63,291 bases of DNA, filler included, from Bigelowiella natans CCMP2755 (GCA_000320545.1; 5 parts of 5 records of this genome joined end to end with filler, not necessarily neighbours in it); one strand, 5' to 3'; shown: positions 50,774 to 62,292, numbered from the whole stretch's first letter. A program made the numbers and translations. Notes: generated by a model not told the origin, from the letters alone.

Positions 50774-52350
50774 TCAGAGGCCGAATATCGCACACATTTC
50801 GGACACTTCCATTGCTGTCAATGATTTTATTGGGGGCGGCTCAGCTTCTTCGTTGATGCTATCGTCTCTCTCGGCGGTTGTCATGGCCGGGCTACTATTC
50901 TCTCCAGGCAAACTCGAGAGAGATTGCACGGGTAAGAGTTCCTTCGCCTCTATACTAGTCGCATCAGAGTCTTTCCTTCGTGTTTCAGGACAACCCTTTT
51001 GGCAACCACTAGGTGCTGGCCTCACGGTGGTGGGGGTATCTATTCCATGGTTTTGGCTACTTCCGCTACTACTGCTGTTGCTGCTGCTGCATGAAGCCGA
51101 CGCACAGTAAACCGAACGTTTCTCGACACTGGTTCGTACAGTTTTCTGGGATTTCTTGCTCACCCTACTGCCACCCTTTTCGCACAGCGAGGAGCGTCTG
51201 CTGAACATGTCACCTGGAAGAGAGGCATTCTGACCATCAGGCGTCCTTCTCCCGGTGGCGATTGTATCCGCCCTCACGGTCCTCGTCGCCGGCGCCGACT
51301 GCAGTTGCCTTTTCCGAGGGGCAGGAGATGCCACATCGGCAGGGCGACGTACTGCCCTCCGTGCTTTCTTTTGACGAAGCTCGGTGTCGCTACTGTCGCT
51401 ACGAGCGTCTCCGTTTTGGAAGTCTAGAGTGCACTGAGAGAGAGAGAGGGAGAGAGAAAGAATAAAACAACATGTGAGAACGATAGATTAATCACACAAG
51501 AACACACACACACACACGCACACACAAGGATCGCTGAGTCAAAAGCAAATATGAACGCCTAGACAACCGCACCACACGCTATATCATCGCGCCATGCAAT
51601 GCAATCAGCGGCCATCTATCTTCGTCTACCAACCTTCTCCCCTAGGATTGATTGCAATGGAAGTCAAGTGTGCAAGGACTCCAGAGCAAAGCAAGCTGTC
51701 GATCAAAGCCGGGAGTGCTATGGCTTGATGACTCGAGTCAAGCCAGAAGTGCAAGGGGCTTAACTTCGATTTGGCTTACCACCCCTATACCCCTCTCTTT
51801 CGACACGGTTTCATGTCCTTTCCGTGGATAAATTCAGAGAAATCTTTGTTATTTACGTAGGAAGGATGTCATGTGTTGCGGGGAGGGAGGACGGTTTTAC
51901 TTCTTCAAATTCGCTATATTTTTCTAGATTTGGGTGGGGGGTGCTACGTCATAGACATCTTACCTCTGGGTCTGGGCACATGATCACCTTCTCCTCGATG
52001 TTAATCCAGAACGAGCGCAGCTGCATCCCACAGCTGCACATGCCCTTACTCGCTGGTCTCTTCCGTTTTCCTATCTTTCTTGTCGCTGTTCTACTTGTTG
52101 CTTTGTTGAGTTCGGGATCGGGAGCGAAAAATGGCTGGTGTCTCGTGGCAGACGTTGTTGAGCCTTCATAGCTAGGCGTGTGGCGCTCTCTTGTGAAGAT
52201 CTCCCCCTCCAGTCTTGTTCGTTTCTTGAAGGAATAGCTATGGGATCTACTCTCCCCGCTCATCTGACTTTGGAGCGTGATCGAGTCCATCCGCGCCTTT
52301 GTTTTTCCGGAGGCGCAGGCCCCTAGAGGAATATTCGTGGGGCCGTGCAT
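50774..52350 (-). CDS. Uncharacterised low-complexity protein with a Cys cluster (possible zinc site)
   Basis: First exon ends ...GMCSCGMQLRSFWINIEEKVIMCPDPE. A later exon reads CTLDFQNGDARSD...PAPRKRQL to the stop at 50774. Confidence 0.5.
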
Positions 52351-52757
52351 CGAATCAATGTGGGATGAGCAGTGCGGAAATGGAGTTTTAAGATTGTTAT
52401 GAAAGCTAATAATTTAACATAAATACAATAATATCATATAATAATTAAAAACGACATATATCATCTCAATTTATTATCTATAAAAGGAGCTCCTCAGAGC
52501 CTAGGAGTTCCCTTTCTCCCGCTGGCTGGCGAGTCCGAGGAGGCGGAGATAGCGTGGAGACCTGGAGATTCTTGGTGTCTTCGCAAAAAAAAAAACATGT
52601 CGCCATTGCAAATCGTATGATCTCATGCAAAATAATTTTTACGAGCGCATTAAAGCGGTATTCCAGTAAAAACGTCCTCTATTTTAGTTGTCCCGGGTGG
52701 GGATTACAAATTCTTAGCCATACTTCACAACGCCGCAGAGTGCGCAAATCCATCAAA

Positions 52758-53953
52758 ATGGCGGACGAATCGAAGGACCAAGATCGGGCAGAGGAGAAAC
52801 CGGAGGTGGCCCAAATCCCGATTCAGATGCATGACCCAGACAGTGTTATGATTTCAAGGATCCACATCCCATTTTCATTAGACCAAGGACCAAGCTAAAG
52901 AGGACGATCGAAGCCCGGAACGCGGTATCATAAGTACATTGAGATCACAATCAGCAGAAGATTAAATCCATTTTCTTCATAAACTGATACTTTCATAAAT
53001 GGAAAGTTCGGACTAAAAAAAAAAATTTTATTCATGATTCCTTATTTGTTCGATGTAAAGAGCCCGGGGGCTGACTTATGTTCATACTAGATTTTATTTC
53101 ATTCTGTCCTATTCCTTCCTGTTTAATTAAGCTTGCATAAGATTGCATCTGTTTTGCTTGCTTTACCACCTACTGTTCACACATGACACACATGTTGTTT
53201 CCCGCATTTTCCATTCCAAAAGCAGAGTGGTATTTCGCTTTAATCCACGTGCCCGACGTTTACATAATCGCATTATATTAAGCAGGGGATAAGGATGATC
53301 GTGGAAACGATAGCGATAAAGACGACGACCGTGATCGCAGCCGCGGCCGTAGCAGGGACCGCAGCCGCGACCGCGATGATAGAAAGTCCAGGCGAAGAGA
53401 CGATGATGATGATGATGACCGCCGTCGTGACCGATCTCGTGACCGCCGTCGTGATCGATCCCGTGATCGATCCCGCGACCGACGCCGTGATCGATCCCGC
53501 GAGCGCAATAGGTCACGCGATCGTTCCGGGGAACGCGGCCGCGGTGGTGGTGGCGGCGGCGGCGGCGGAGGTCGGCGCGATACAGGAGATGCTGAGGGAG
53601 AGGGAAGGAAGTGCTTCCTCGGAAACCTCAGTTTTAACACCGATGAGGATTACATCCGTAGGAAGTTCAGCAAGTTCGGCGACATTGCCGACGTTTTCCT
53701 CCCCAGGGACTACTACAGCGGAAAGAAAAAAGGATACGGATTCGTCACCTTTGAGCACCCACGTGACGCTGAGGACTGCATCTCCGAGATGGACGGCTAC
53801 GACTTCGACGGTCGTAGAATCACTGTGGATCTAGCTAAACCTCGTCCTTCGAATGATCGTGGTGGCGGGCGCCGTGATGACCGCGACCGCGACCGTCGCC
53901 GAGATGATCGTTATGGCGACCGTGACCGCGACCGTAGGAGAGATCGCTACTAA
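52758..53953 (+). CDS. SR/RD-rich RRM protein (SR-like or Tra2-like splicing factor), probably three exons
   Basis: DRSR repeats, then RRM KCFLGNLSFNTDEDYIRRKFSKFGDIADVFLPRDYYSGKKKGYGFVTFEHPRDAEDCISEMDGYDFDGRRITVDLAKPR (RNP2/RNP1). Stop TAA 53951-53953. This frame is not in the ORF track because the last exon lacks an upstream start. Confidence 0.9.
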
Positions 53954-54149
53954 GTAGTAGCGTCGATCGTTCTGACTGGATACACGAGGGGGGTTGGAGC
54001 TTTTCACACAAAGTGGGCATGGAAAAGGGAGGAAGAAAGAATAAAATACGGAAGGGCGCACTGTGATTATGAACAGGAATCCAAGAACATAACGTGCAAC
54101 ACATCTACGCCCTCTTATATGTATTTTACCTCTTGAAATCTTCACGGTG

Positions 54150-55070
54150 ATACCCAAACATCAAACATGTGTGTCCTTGTCTGTGTGTGTCTACGTCTTT
54201 GCACATGCGTTCCATGTCTTGCTTGGGGCATAATTTATATTTGCAGCATGCAAGTGAAAGCAAGCAACCATGTCCATCAATCATTGAATGCGCCGTAGGG
54301 CAATGTGGCTGTAGCTGACAAGGCCAGCCGCACTGAGTACAGATGTGCAGAATCGAATGCGGTTGTTGTAGGGGGAGTTGCACATGATGATTGTGCCATG
54401 CGCATGATGAGCCCTGCGCAGCCGTGCACGTTCCCCACATCCGCCACCACAAGCTGTCATGCATGTGTTGTCGTCGCCAACTCAGTGTAGTGACATGTCG
54501 ATCAGCACAAGCTAGCAAGGCAAGAATTCGTTCAATGCGGCGGCACGACAACTTGCACTTGTCATGTGGTTCAGGATGTGCATGTGGAGGAAGAATTCTG
54601 TCTTCGTTTCACCTCGTCACGATTGCAAAACACAAAATTTCACTCTAGTCCCAGCTAGCCAGACCAAGTCCAGCAGTTAGAATGTGCAAGAAACAAGAAA
54701 CATTGCAGATGGAGTCATGTTGAAACACTCCCCTTGTGACCTGATGGAAGATGGTGTTCTTGCTTGCGTTGTCGAGTGCGATCATTGGAAACAATGAAAC
54801 AATGAAACAATGATGAAAAACTACATTTCCAAAGTGTTGCAAGACACTTGCAGTGTGCAAAATGCAGTGCCTCGAACTGGTTGGAATGGTGGTTTTTTTC
54901 TTCCCAAGCAACACTGTCAGCTGCCAAGAGAATTGCCCACATGCGGGTGGAGTCCAATTAGGAGCCCGGGTTTGGTTTTGTGCGGGGTTCTTTCTGTCTA
55001 GATGCCCTCTTTTTGGAATGCAAGAACTTCCAAAATGTGATCTGCATTCTTCGGAATGTGTTCCCCTGAT
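54150..55070. other. TpA-depleted island with footprints
   Basis: caag-CTAG-caag 54508-54519, ccag-CTAG-ccag 54651-54662. Confidence 0.75.
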
Positions 55071-55199
55071 CCAGATATTTTCCGATGATATTTTGGTTTA
55101 TTTCACTTCAATCAATGAGGATGTGTGACTCTTTCTCAAGTTACGAAACCCAGTAACCGCCAGGAGGAATATATGACGACCCTCCCCTGCCAGCATAAC

Positions 55200-56693
55200 A
55201 TGCCGGCGCTCACTTTCGTTCTCGCGGCGATGTGTGTGTCGGTATGCGCTGCTGCTGCAAGCCCACGAGTCTTGCCGGGAGTTGACCTGAGCGAGAACGC
55301 TGGGCCGCAATCCATCATGCTCGTGGTGAAGGGCGAGATGGGCCTCGACGAGATGGCGCCTTTGGACGATACTCTGCCACGCTCGCTCAAGCGAGAAGCC
55401 GTCTACAGCTTCCTTACGGACAGGGCGGAACGTGGGCAGAAGTGTGCACGCGCGGCCCTGCGCAAACGGAACGTCGAGTTCCAAGCGTTCTGGATAACCA
55501 ACGCGATCTCGGTACGAGAGGTGGCAGGCCCAGTGCTCCGAGACATCATCACAGAGTGCGGGTACGAAATCGAGGAGGTCAGACAAATGGGTTACCTCAA
55601 GCGCCGGATACCACCTCAAGATTCCATGCGGCCGCAGCCTGTTTCCTCAAAGCTCCAGTGGAACATCGAGAAGGTCGGGGCGGACAAGGCGTGGGCTGAT
55701 GGCCACGATGGGACTGGCGTCGTTGTGGCCACTCTAGATGGAGGCGTTCGGTACACCCACGATGCGCTTATCAACAACTACCGAGGGACGGTGGATGCTG
55801 ACAAGGGCAAGTTTGAACACGACTACAACTGGAAAGACTGGCCGTACAAGAACAAGGAGCCTCTCGACTCGGATGGCCACGGCACGAACGTGCAGGGGAT
55901 TCTGTCCGGGTCAAAGGAATCGGGGGTGGGGGTGGCGCCCGGCGCTAAGTGGATCTCAGGCAAGATCTTCAACTATGCAGGATACTCCTCCAACGAGTGG
56001 ACGCTGTCAGGCGTCCAGTGGGCCATGTGCCCCACTCCGCTGGCATCTCGGTATGAGCAGTCGGGGAACTGCTCTCTGGGTGCCGACGTCGTTTCTTGCA
56101 GCTGGGGAGAAGACGACGCCACCACCGGGTTTCTCAAAGACGCCATGGCAGCTTGGCTCAAGGCGGGTATGGTACCTGTCTTCGCGGTGGGAAACGCAGG
56201 CCCGCATTGCGGTACAGTCGTCAGCCCTGCAGATTATGCCGGTGTGCTCTCTGTGGGGGCCACCGATAAGCATGACGAAATGGTTGAATTCTCCTCTCGG
56301 GGGCCTGGTGCGAACGGCACTAAAGGCGCCCTTCCATACGACCCTTTAACACCCAATCTTGTTGCCCCCGGACTGATGATCCAAGGGCCATCTCATAAAA
56401 GCGACGACGGATACACTGGTTTTTCTGGCACGAGTCAGGCCGCACCACACGTAGCGGGAGCAGCAGCGTTGCTGCTCTCCGCTCATCCATCATGGAGCCC
56501 GCATCAGGTCGCGGAGGCCTTGTACGCTACAGCTGCCACTGCATCTCTTCCGGTTCCAGATTCGGGGTGGGATAAATGCGGAATGCCTGATGCTGCACTT
56601 GCGCCAAACGCCTCTGCTACGTTTCCCAACTTCATCGCAGGTTATGGCCGCCTTGATGCTGCTTCGGCGGCAGCATATTCCAAGGCTCATTAG
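55200..56693 (+). CDS. Secreted subtilisin-like serine peptidase (S8, bacillopeptidase F-like), intronless
   Basis: Signal-like MPALTFVLAAMCVSVCAAAASP. Catalytic Asp (VATLDGG), His (DGHGT), oxyanion Asn (AVGNAG) and Ser (SGTSQAAPHVAG). Confidence 0.92.
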   Translation: MPALTFVLAAMCVSVCAAAASPRVLPGVDLSENAGPQSIMLVVKGEMGLDEMAPLDDTLPRSLKREAVYSFLTDRAERGQKCARAALRKRNVEFQAFWITNAISVREVAGPVLRDIITECGYEIEEVRQMGYLKRRIPPQDSMRPQPVSSKLQWNIEKVGADKAWADGHDGTGVVVATLDGGVRYTHDALINNYRGTVDADKGKFEHDYNWKDWPYKNKEPLDSDGHGTNVQGILSGSKESGVGVAPGAKWISGKIFNYAGYSSNEWTLSGVQWAMCPTPLASRYEQSGNCSLGADVVSCSWGEDDATTGFLKDAMAAWLKAGMVPVFAVGNAGPHCGTVVSPADYAGVLSVGATDKHDEMVEFSSRGPGANGTKGALPYDPLTPNLVAPGLMIQGPSHKSDDGYTGFSGTSQAAPHVAGAAALLLSAHPSWSPHQVAEALYATAATASLPVPDSGWDKCGMPDAALAPNASATFPNFIAGYGRLDAASAAAYSKAH

Positions 56694-56696
56694 GGT

Positions 56697-57460
56697 CCTG
56701 CTAGCCTGGCAGGACAGAGCTGTACGCTGTGATGGAAAAGGAAATGGATGTTGCAAGCGCGTTCGTTCCACTTGTCAACTCAGTGAAACATGGTGTAGCA
56801 TGACCAGACGATCCAGAGTGCTGTGTGTGAATCTTCATGTTTTTAACATAACGCATCACACATTTTTTAACTTGATATTGCATGATTATACAACGTGTGT
56901 GGGCGTGCAGCGTTATCTCATCATCGTACGCATGCACATGTGTGTTAGTCAATCGAACATGTCTAGATTCACGTTGCAGCGCGCAAGGGATGCATTATTT
57001 TAGGCTGTGCATACGAAATGCAGATCTAGTCAGACATTCTAGACATCAATATTGCACCATATCTGCTGTAGCCATCGCGCACCACTGCGTCAGCCAATCG
57101 CCCAAGATCGAAACGCATGCGATGCACAGCCATGTTGCAAACCAATGCAATCAAGCTTAATTGGCGTGCGCGTCAACACAACAACTTCCACGATGAATGA
57201 TGGATCGGATGGGCAACGCAGCAGAGTTTTGCATCTCATCAAGCATAGCAAGCTACACAGAGACCAGCAGAATTCTCACCCAGCGTGCAACCATCGCCAA
57301 ACACTGTCTCAAGTTGCCCAGCATTGCCACGTCTAGACGTCTGACATAGACGTCTTGGATCGGATGAAATACATTGTGTGTACGTGGGTGCTACGCTGCA
57401 CATTGGCAGCTCCACAATGATTATCACACTGTCAAAACGATGCGAGGCCAATGCAATCTA
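56697..57460. other. TpA-depleted island between convergent 3' ends
   Basis: cctg-CTAG-cctg 56697-56708 begins 4 nt after the peptidase stop. acgt-CTAG-acgt 57329-57340. Confidence 0.65.
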
Positions 57461-57854
57461 CCAATGCCATTAAAGCACGCTGTGCTGCGTGCTTTATTAT
57501 TCTCCACTTATAACGACTACCCAAAATAAAAAAGTGCAAGACTAAGCGCGCAGCCGCGGCTTGGCATGTATCGTATGGCTACATGTTAGGATGACATTTG
57601 AATACATTTCATTGTCTACATCAAATTCGTCGATCTCACATGTACTTACATATCGCGCGCACTGCTACACATGCGCGACATATCGACAATATCACATGGA
57701 TGTTTTTCTATGCATCATCGAAGCATAAGCACATAATAGCAGAAACAAACAGATACACAGATACACAACATAAGCTCTGTAGCCGCTGCTCTGTATTGCT
57801 TGCTACATCAGGATGACTGTTGAAAAGACTTAATCACATCATTCATTGCATCCG

Positions 57855-57899
<45 letters not shown>

Positions 57900-57957
57900 A
57901 CGGTATGATGTTTGCCGGAATACGCCGCTACTCAAAATGCAGTGTACTATACGGCTG

Positions 57958-59407
57958 CTACCGCGTAGCACGGCGTTGGACGTACGGCCCGGAGGTGGAG
58001 GAGGGAACCTGCGCGACGGAATTGAGAAACCGCGTGATGTCATCGTTGCTGCGTTCTTCATCCCATTCATCCGGTGATAGCTTGTCGTAGCCGATCCTAA
58101 CTCCTTTGAAAGCTGCTTTCAGCTCTTCCCTGTTCTTGCCCGAGTAGACGCTGGATGGCGGTGTTGGCGTATCAAGCAGCCAACGACCCCCCATGAAAAG
58201 CAACAACAAACCTTCTTATTCACGGCGATAGGCGACCATACTACCACTACCACTACTATCATTGCTGCTACTGCTACAAATACTACTGCTAATATGACAA
58301 CGACAACGAATAAGACAACGACCTCCACCACCACCACTGCCACTACCAAAACACACCTCTCAATCGTCTCCATCGTCGCCTCGTCACGGAGTTGTTCCTT
58401 CGCCATCCTCAGCCCCCACTCGACGCCCTTCCTCGCAGCCTCCGCGGAGACGCGCCCCCGGCGCCCATAGCACTTGAGGACGAGGTTTTTCTCAAACACC
58501 CCGAGCCTCTCCCACGACGAGGAGACGCCGCCGTACAGCTCGACGAGCAGGTTCTCCACGGTCTCCACCCTGCCGCTCAGGCAGGGGCCGAACGCGAGCA
58601 CGCGGAAGGTGCGGTCGTTTGGCTCGACGCCTGACTCGATCATCCGCCGCTTCCAATCGTGCGACCGCCGGCCGTGCGCGCTGATGAGGCGATTCACCTC
58701 GGCGTAGCGCTCGCGCAGGTCGTGCGTGATCATCTGGGAGAGGGGGGCGGGGCCGCGGCCGCGGCGGCCGCTCTGGTTCGGATGGTGGCCATTGCGGCTC
58801 GAGGAGGAGGAGGAGGAGGAGGAGGAGGAGGAGGGGGGTGGGGAAGAGGAAGAAGAAGAAGAAGAAGAAGAAGAAGATGATGATGATGAGGAGGAGAATA
58901 CGGATTCGGCCGTGAGCGGGGAGGTGCTATGGCCGCTGCTGCCTGTTTCTGAGCTCGGGCTTGAATTACGCGTTGAGGTGGATGATGAGTGCTGGAACAT
59001 AGAGGAGGAGGAGGAGGAGGAGGAGGAGGAGCTTCCTGCAGTGGCGGGGGAAGAGGACGCACCCACCGCGCTGCCCCCCCCCCGCTCCCAAGAGCGCTTT
59101 CCGGTCCTGGACCAGTGCCTTGATCTCGTTTCTCTCTCTTTTGAGCTGTCGGATCGCAACCTCAAAGCCGCCGATAAGGACGTTGAAAATGGTCGTGTCA
59201 GGCGTAGGCGCTCCGCGCAGGAGGAGTTGCTTCATCATGGTTTCCGCCTGGGCGAGAAGGCCCTTTTTGCTGAAGCCGAGCATCACCACGGTCCACATCC
59301 GGAGGTCGGGCTCGAGCCCCTGCTTGATGAGTCTCTGGTGGCGGGTTATGCATGGAGTGCGAGACACGCACGCGCACGGATTTATAAATAAATATCTATA
59401 TTTATAC

Positions 59408-59450
<43 letters not shown>

Positions 59451-59576
59451 CACCTTGTATCAAACATACATGTGTATCTGTGTGAATGTGTGAGTGTAAA
59501 TGTGTGTGTGTGTGTGTGTGCGTGTGTGTGCGGCATTTAAGAGCTTGCGATGAGGAGCCACGAATCACTCACTTCT

Positions 59577-59611
<35 letters not shown>

Positions 59612-60161
59612 ACACAGCAGAAGAAAGAAACACCTCGATCCACTGCCCCCCGCCATTGGCAGAGCCTGCTGCCTCGCACTCGACTTTGAACATCTCCGTA
59701 TATCTATGGTCGTGATACATTAATATATAAATCAAATACAACATACATATATAGTTATGAAAGAAAGAAAGATGGTGACCAGCAACCCCCCCCCCCCACG
59801 CTCCCTAGCGTACGGACGTGTGTAAATTCGGCTGCATCCCGCTCGTCATAATGAAGTCGAACCACACACGCGCCTTCTCCAGCGCCCCTGCCTTTGCGCA
59901 TGCGGACAGCACGTTGTTCACGTCTCGCAATCGCGGGGGTATCTGTAACGAGGGAAAACAAAACAAAAAGGATGGAGGGGGGGGTTTAGAAAGAACGTCA
60001 GGGTGAGTACGACATCAGAGCAGCTGCCTGTAACACAACGGAACGTTCAATAAAGAGAAACGAGAAAACACAAGCGCGGCGACCGTCATTGTGCTTCAAA
60101 ACACTCGTCATTATCAATCACATCCTCCATCGAGGTCATATCAAATCGCCTCGCCTCATCA

Positions 60162-60211
<50 letters not shown>

Positions 60212-60889
60212 GTCATCGTCATCTTTACCCCCGCCGTCTGCATCCGCCCCACCCACATCTCGGCCTTCTCCACGAGTCCCTCCTGCGCGCACGCGTGGAT
60301 CACGGTTCCGTAGCTCACTTCCGACGGCTTGGCGCCGGCGGCGATCATCTGCCGCAGCCACTCCTCCGCCCTGCTCCCCCCCCCCCTCCTCCCCACCGAC
60401 GCCTTGATCAGCTTGTTGAAGTGCGACTCCCACGGCACCACGCCGCGGTCCATCATCCGCCTCACCCACGCGGCGAGCTGCCCATAATCGCGCTTTCGCG
60501 CGTACATAGCTGCCATGCTGTGGTAGGTCATCACGTGCGTCAGGCCCTTGCTGTCACGTTTGTCCAGCTGCGCGAAGGCGGCCTCGGCCTGTCGCGCCGC
60601 CCCCACGTTGGCGTAGATCTCGACGAGGAACCGCCGCATGCGGAGGGTGGGCGGCAAGCTGCAGGGGAGGCCGAAGAGCTCCTCCGCCATCGCCTTTAGC
60701 GGCGCGCGTTGTGCGGTCGGGCTATTGGCCACGGCCATGCTGATCTTGCTCAGGAGCTTGTCCATGTCGCTGATCCTCCGCTCGCTGCGACTCATCAAGC
60801 TAATAGAGAAAGGAAAGGGGGGGGGGAAGGGGGGGGGGGAGGGAATATTTTCCATTTATTATGCACGCTGCTAAAAAGAATGGCGGGCA

Positions 60890-60967
<78 letters not shown>

Positions 60968-61272
60968 AAATAGATATCACGTCTTACCGAAGAACATCCA
61001 TCGCTTCCATGAACCTCTCTTCGTCGATAAGAACACGCAAATGGTTTGCCCTCACGCTGGACGTCATCAATATCTACACAAAAGGCACGAGAAGAGAGGA
61101 AGGAGGAGGTTGAGTACACACAAAACACACAAAACACATAAAACACACAATAATGATGCGGGCATCCGCCAGCGAGGACGTGTCGCCCTCCAGCCAGCAA
61201 GAGGACAAAAAAAGGGAATAGATAAACACGCACATCATTGCACATTCTTCTTTGGACATCTAAACTGATATG

Positions 61273-61311
<39 letters not shown>

Positions 61312-61960
61312 TCTCGAAAGATGATAAATGGGATTTGGAAGGGCTCGATCCTTGCTCGCCCTCACCGCAGTCTTCCAGCAAACAGGCGCCAATAAACATG
61401 CCAAAAAAAGTGGCAGAAATGCCTCTACTTACTCCTAAATCATTCCCTCTTTCCATCCATTTCTTCTGCATTGCTTCATCGCCAAGCCTTCCATACCTGC
61501 GCAAAGGGAGAGGAGGAGGAAGGGGGGGGGGGGGCAAAGTTAAGCGGTACCCACAGAAATAATGCGATTTGCCAACTCGTCCTCGCCTTTAATGCCCTCA
61601 TAATGACGATGATTCATTAAGGAAAAGCTGTGTAGAACAGCTGGATTGGGGATATCCTCTTATCATGTGCCGGCCCTCCTCTTTTCTTTAAATAGCTTTC
61701 TCTCCCCCCTCCCACTGAACCGCGCAACTATCACAGTTGATTGGCGCTACTCTATTTATTTAGTGAAAAGCTCATCGCAATTCACCACCATCATTTTATT
61801 TTTTCCCGCACAAAAAAAAAAGGCCCCAACAAAAAAGAGAGAAGAGAATAGCGAGACGATGGTACATGAGCGCCATTGCGGAGACGATATTCTTATCCGG
61901 CAAATATCTGCTTTCCTCCATCCTCTCCACAATCTTCCGCACGGTAGTAGAAGGGGAATG
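57958..61960 (-). CDS. Pentatricopeptide-repeat (PPR) protein, multi-exon, 5' truncated
   Basis: PPR motifs: VSYGTVIHACAQEGLVEKAEMWVGRMQTAG, MWTVVMLGFSKKGLLAQAETMMKQLLLRGAPTPDTTIFNVLIGG, DVNNVLSACAKAGALEKARVWFDFIMTSGMQPN. Confidence 0.85.
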
Positions 61961-62126
61961 GGGGGAGAGGGGGAGAGGACGAATTAGGAGAACGCCACAT
62001 CGCCCATTTCCACACAATGCTGACTATTGAACGAATATCACCAAGTGCTCATACTACAAACATGAAAGAGAAATACATATCCACATATATTTGGAAAGTG
62101 TTTACTCAGAACCTTGTCCCCCTCCC

Positions 62127-62226
62127 NNNNNNNNNNNNNNNNNNNNNNNNNNNNNNNNNNNNNNNNNNNNTTAATTAATTAANNNNNNNNNNNNNNNNNN
62201 NNNNNNNNNNNNNNNNNNNNNNNNNN
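62127..62226. other. Artificial contig-joining spacer
   Basis: N-run with central TTAATTAATTAA. Confidence 0.95.
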
Positions 62227-62292
62227 TTCAGTCTCACCCGATAACGTCTCAATAGATGATGTTCGGCGATGATCGGATAGTTCCCCCATCCG

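Noticed and set aside
36004-57340. CTAG motifs as Helitron 3' ends
   Set aside because: Helitrons create no target duplication and have an element body with a subterminal hairpin. Here CTAG alone sits between duplicated tetramers.
900-57460. CpG deamination or RIP as the cause of the TG/CA excess
   Set aside because: CpG is plentiful in the islands and TA is the missing dinucleotide. Paralogue and kelch-consensus comparisons point to TA as the ancestral state, although individual CA/TG pairs are ambiguous.
59070-59090. Apparent frameshift in the PPR gene
   Set aside because: The frame change coincides with a C/G homopolymer, so a sequencing indel is more likely than programmed frameshifting.
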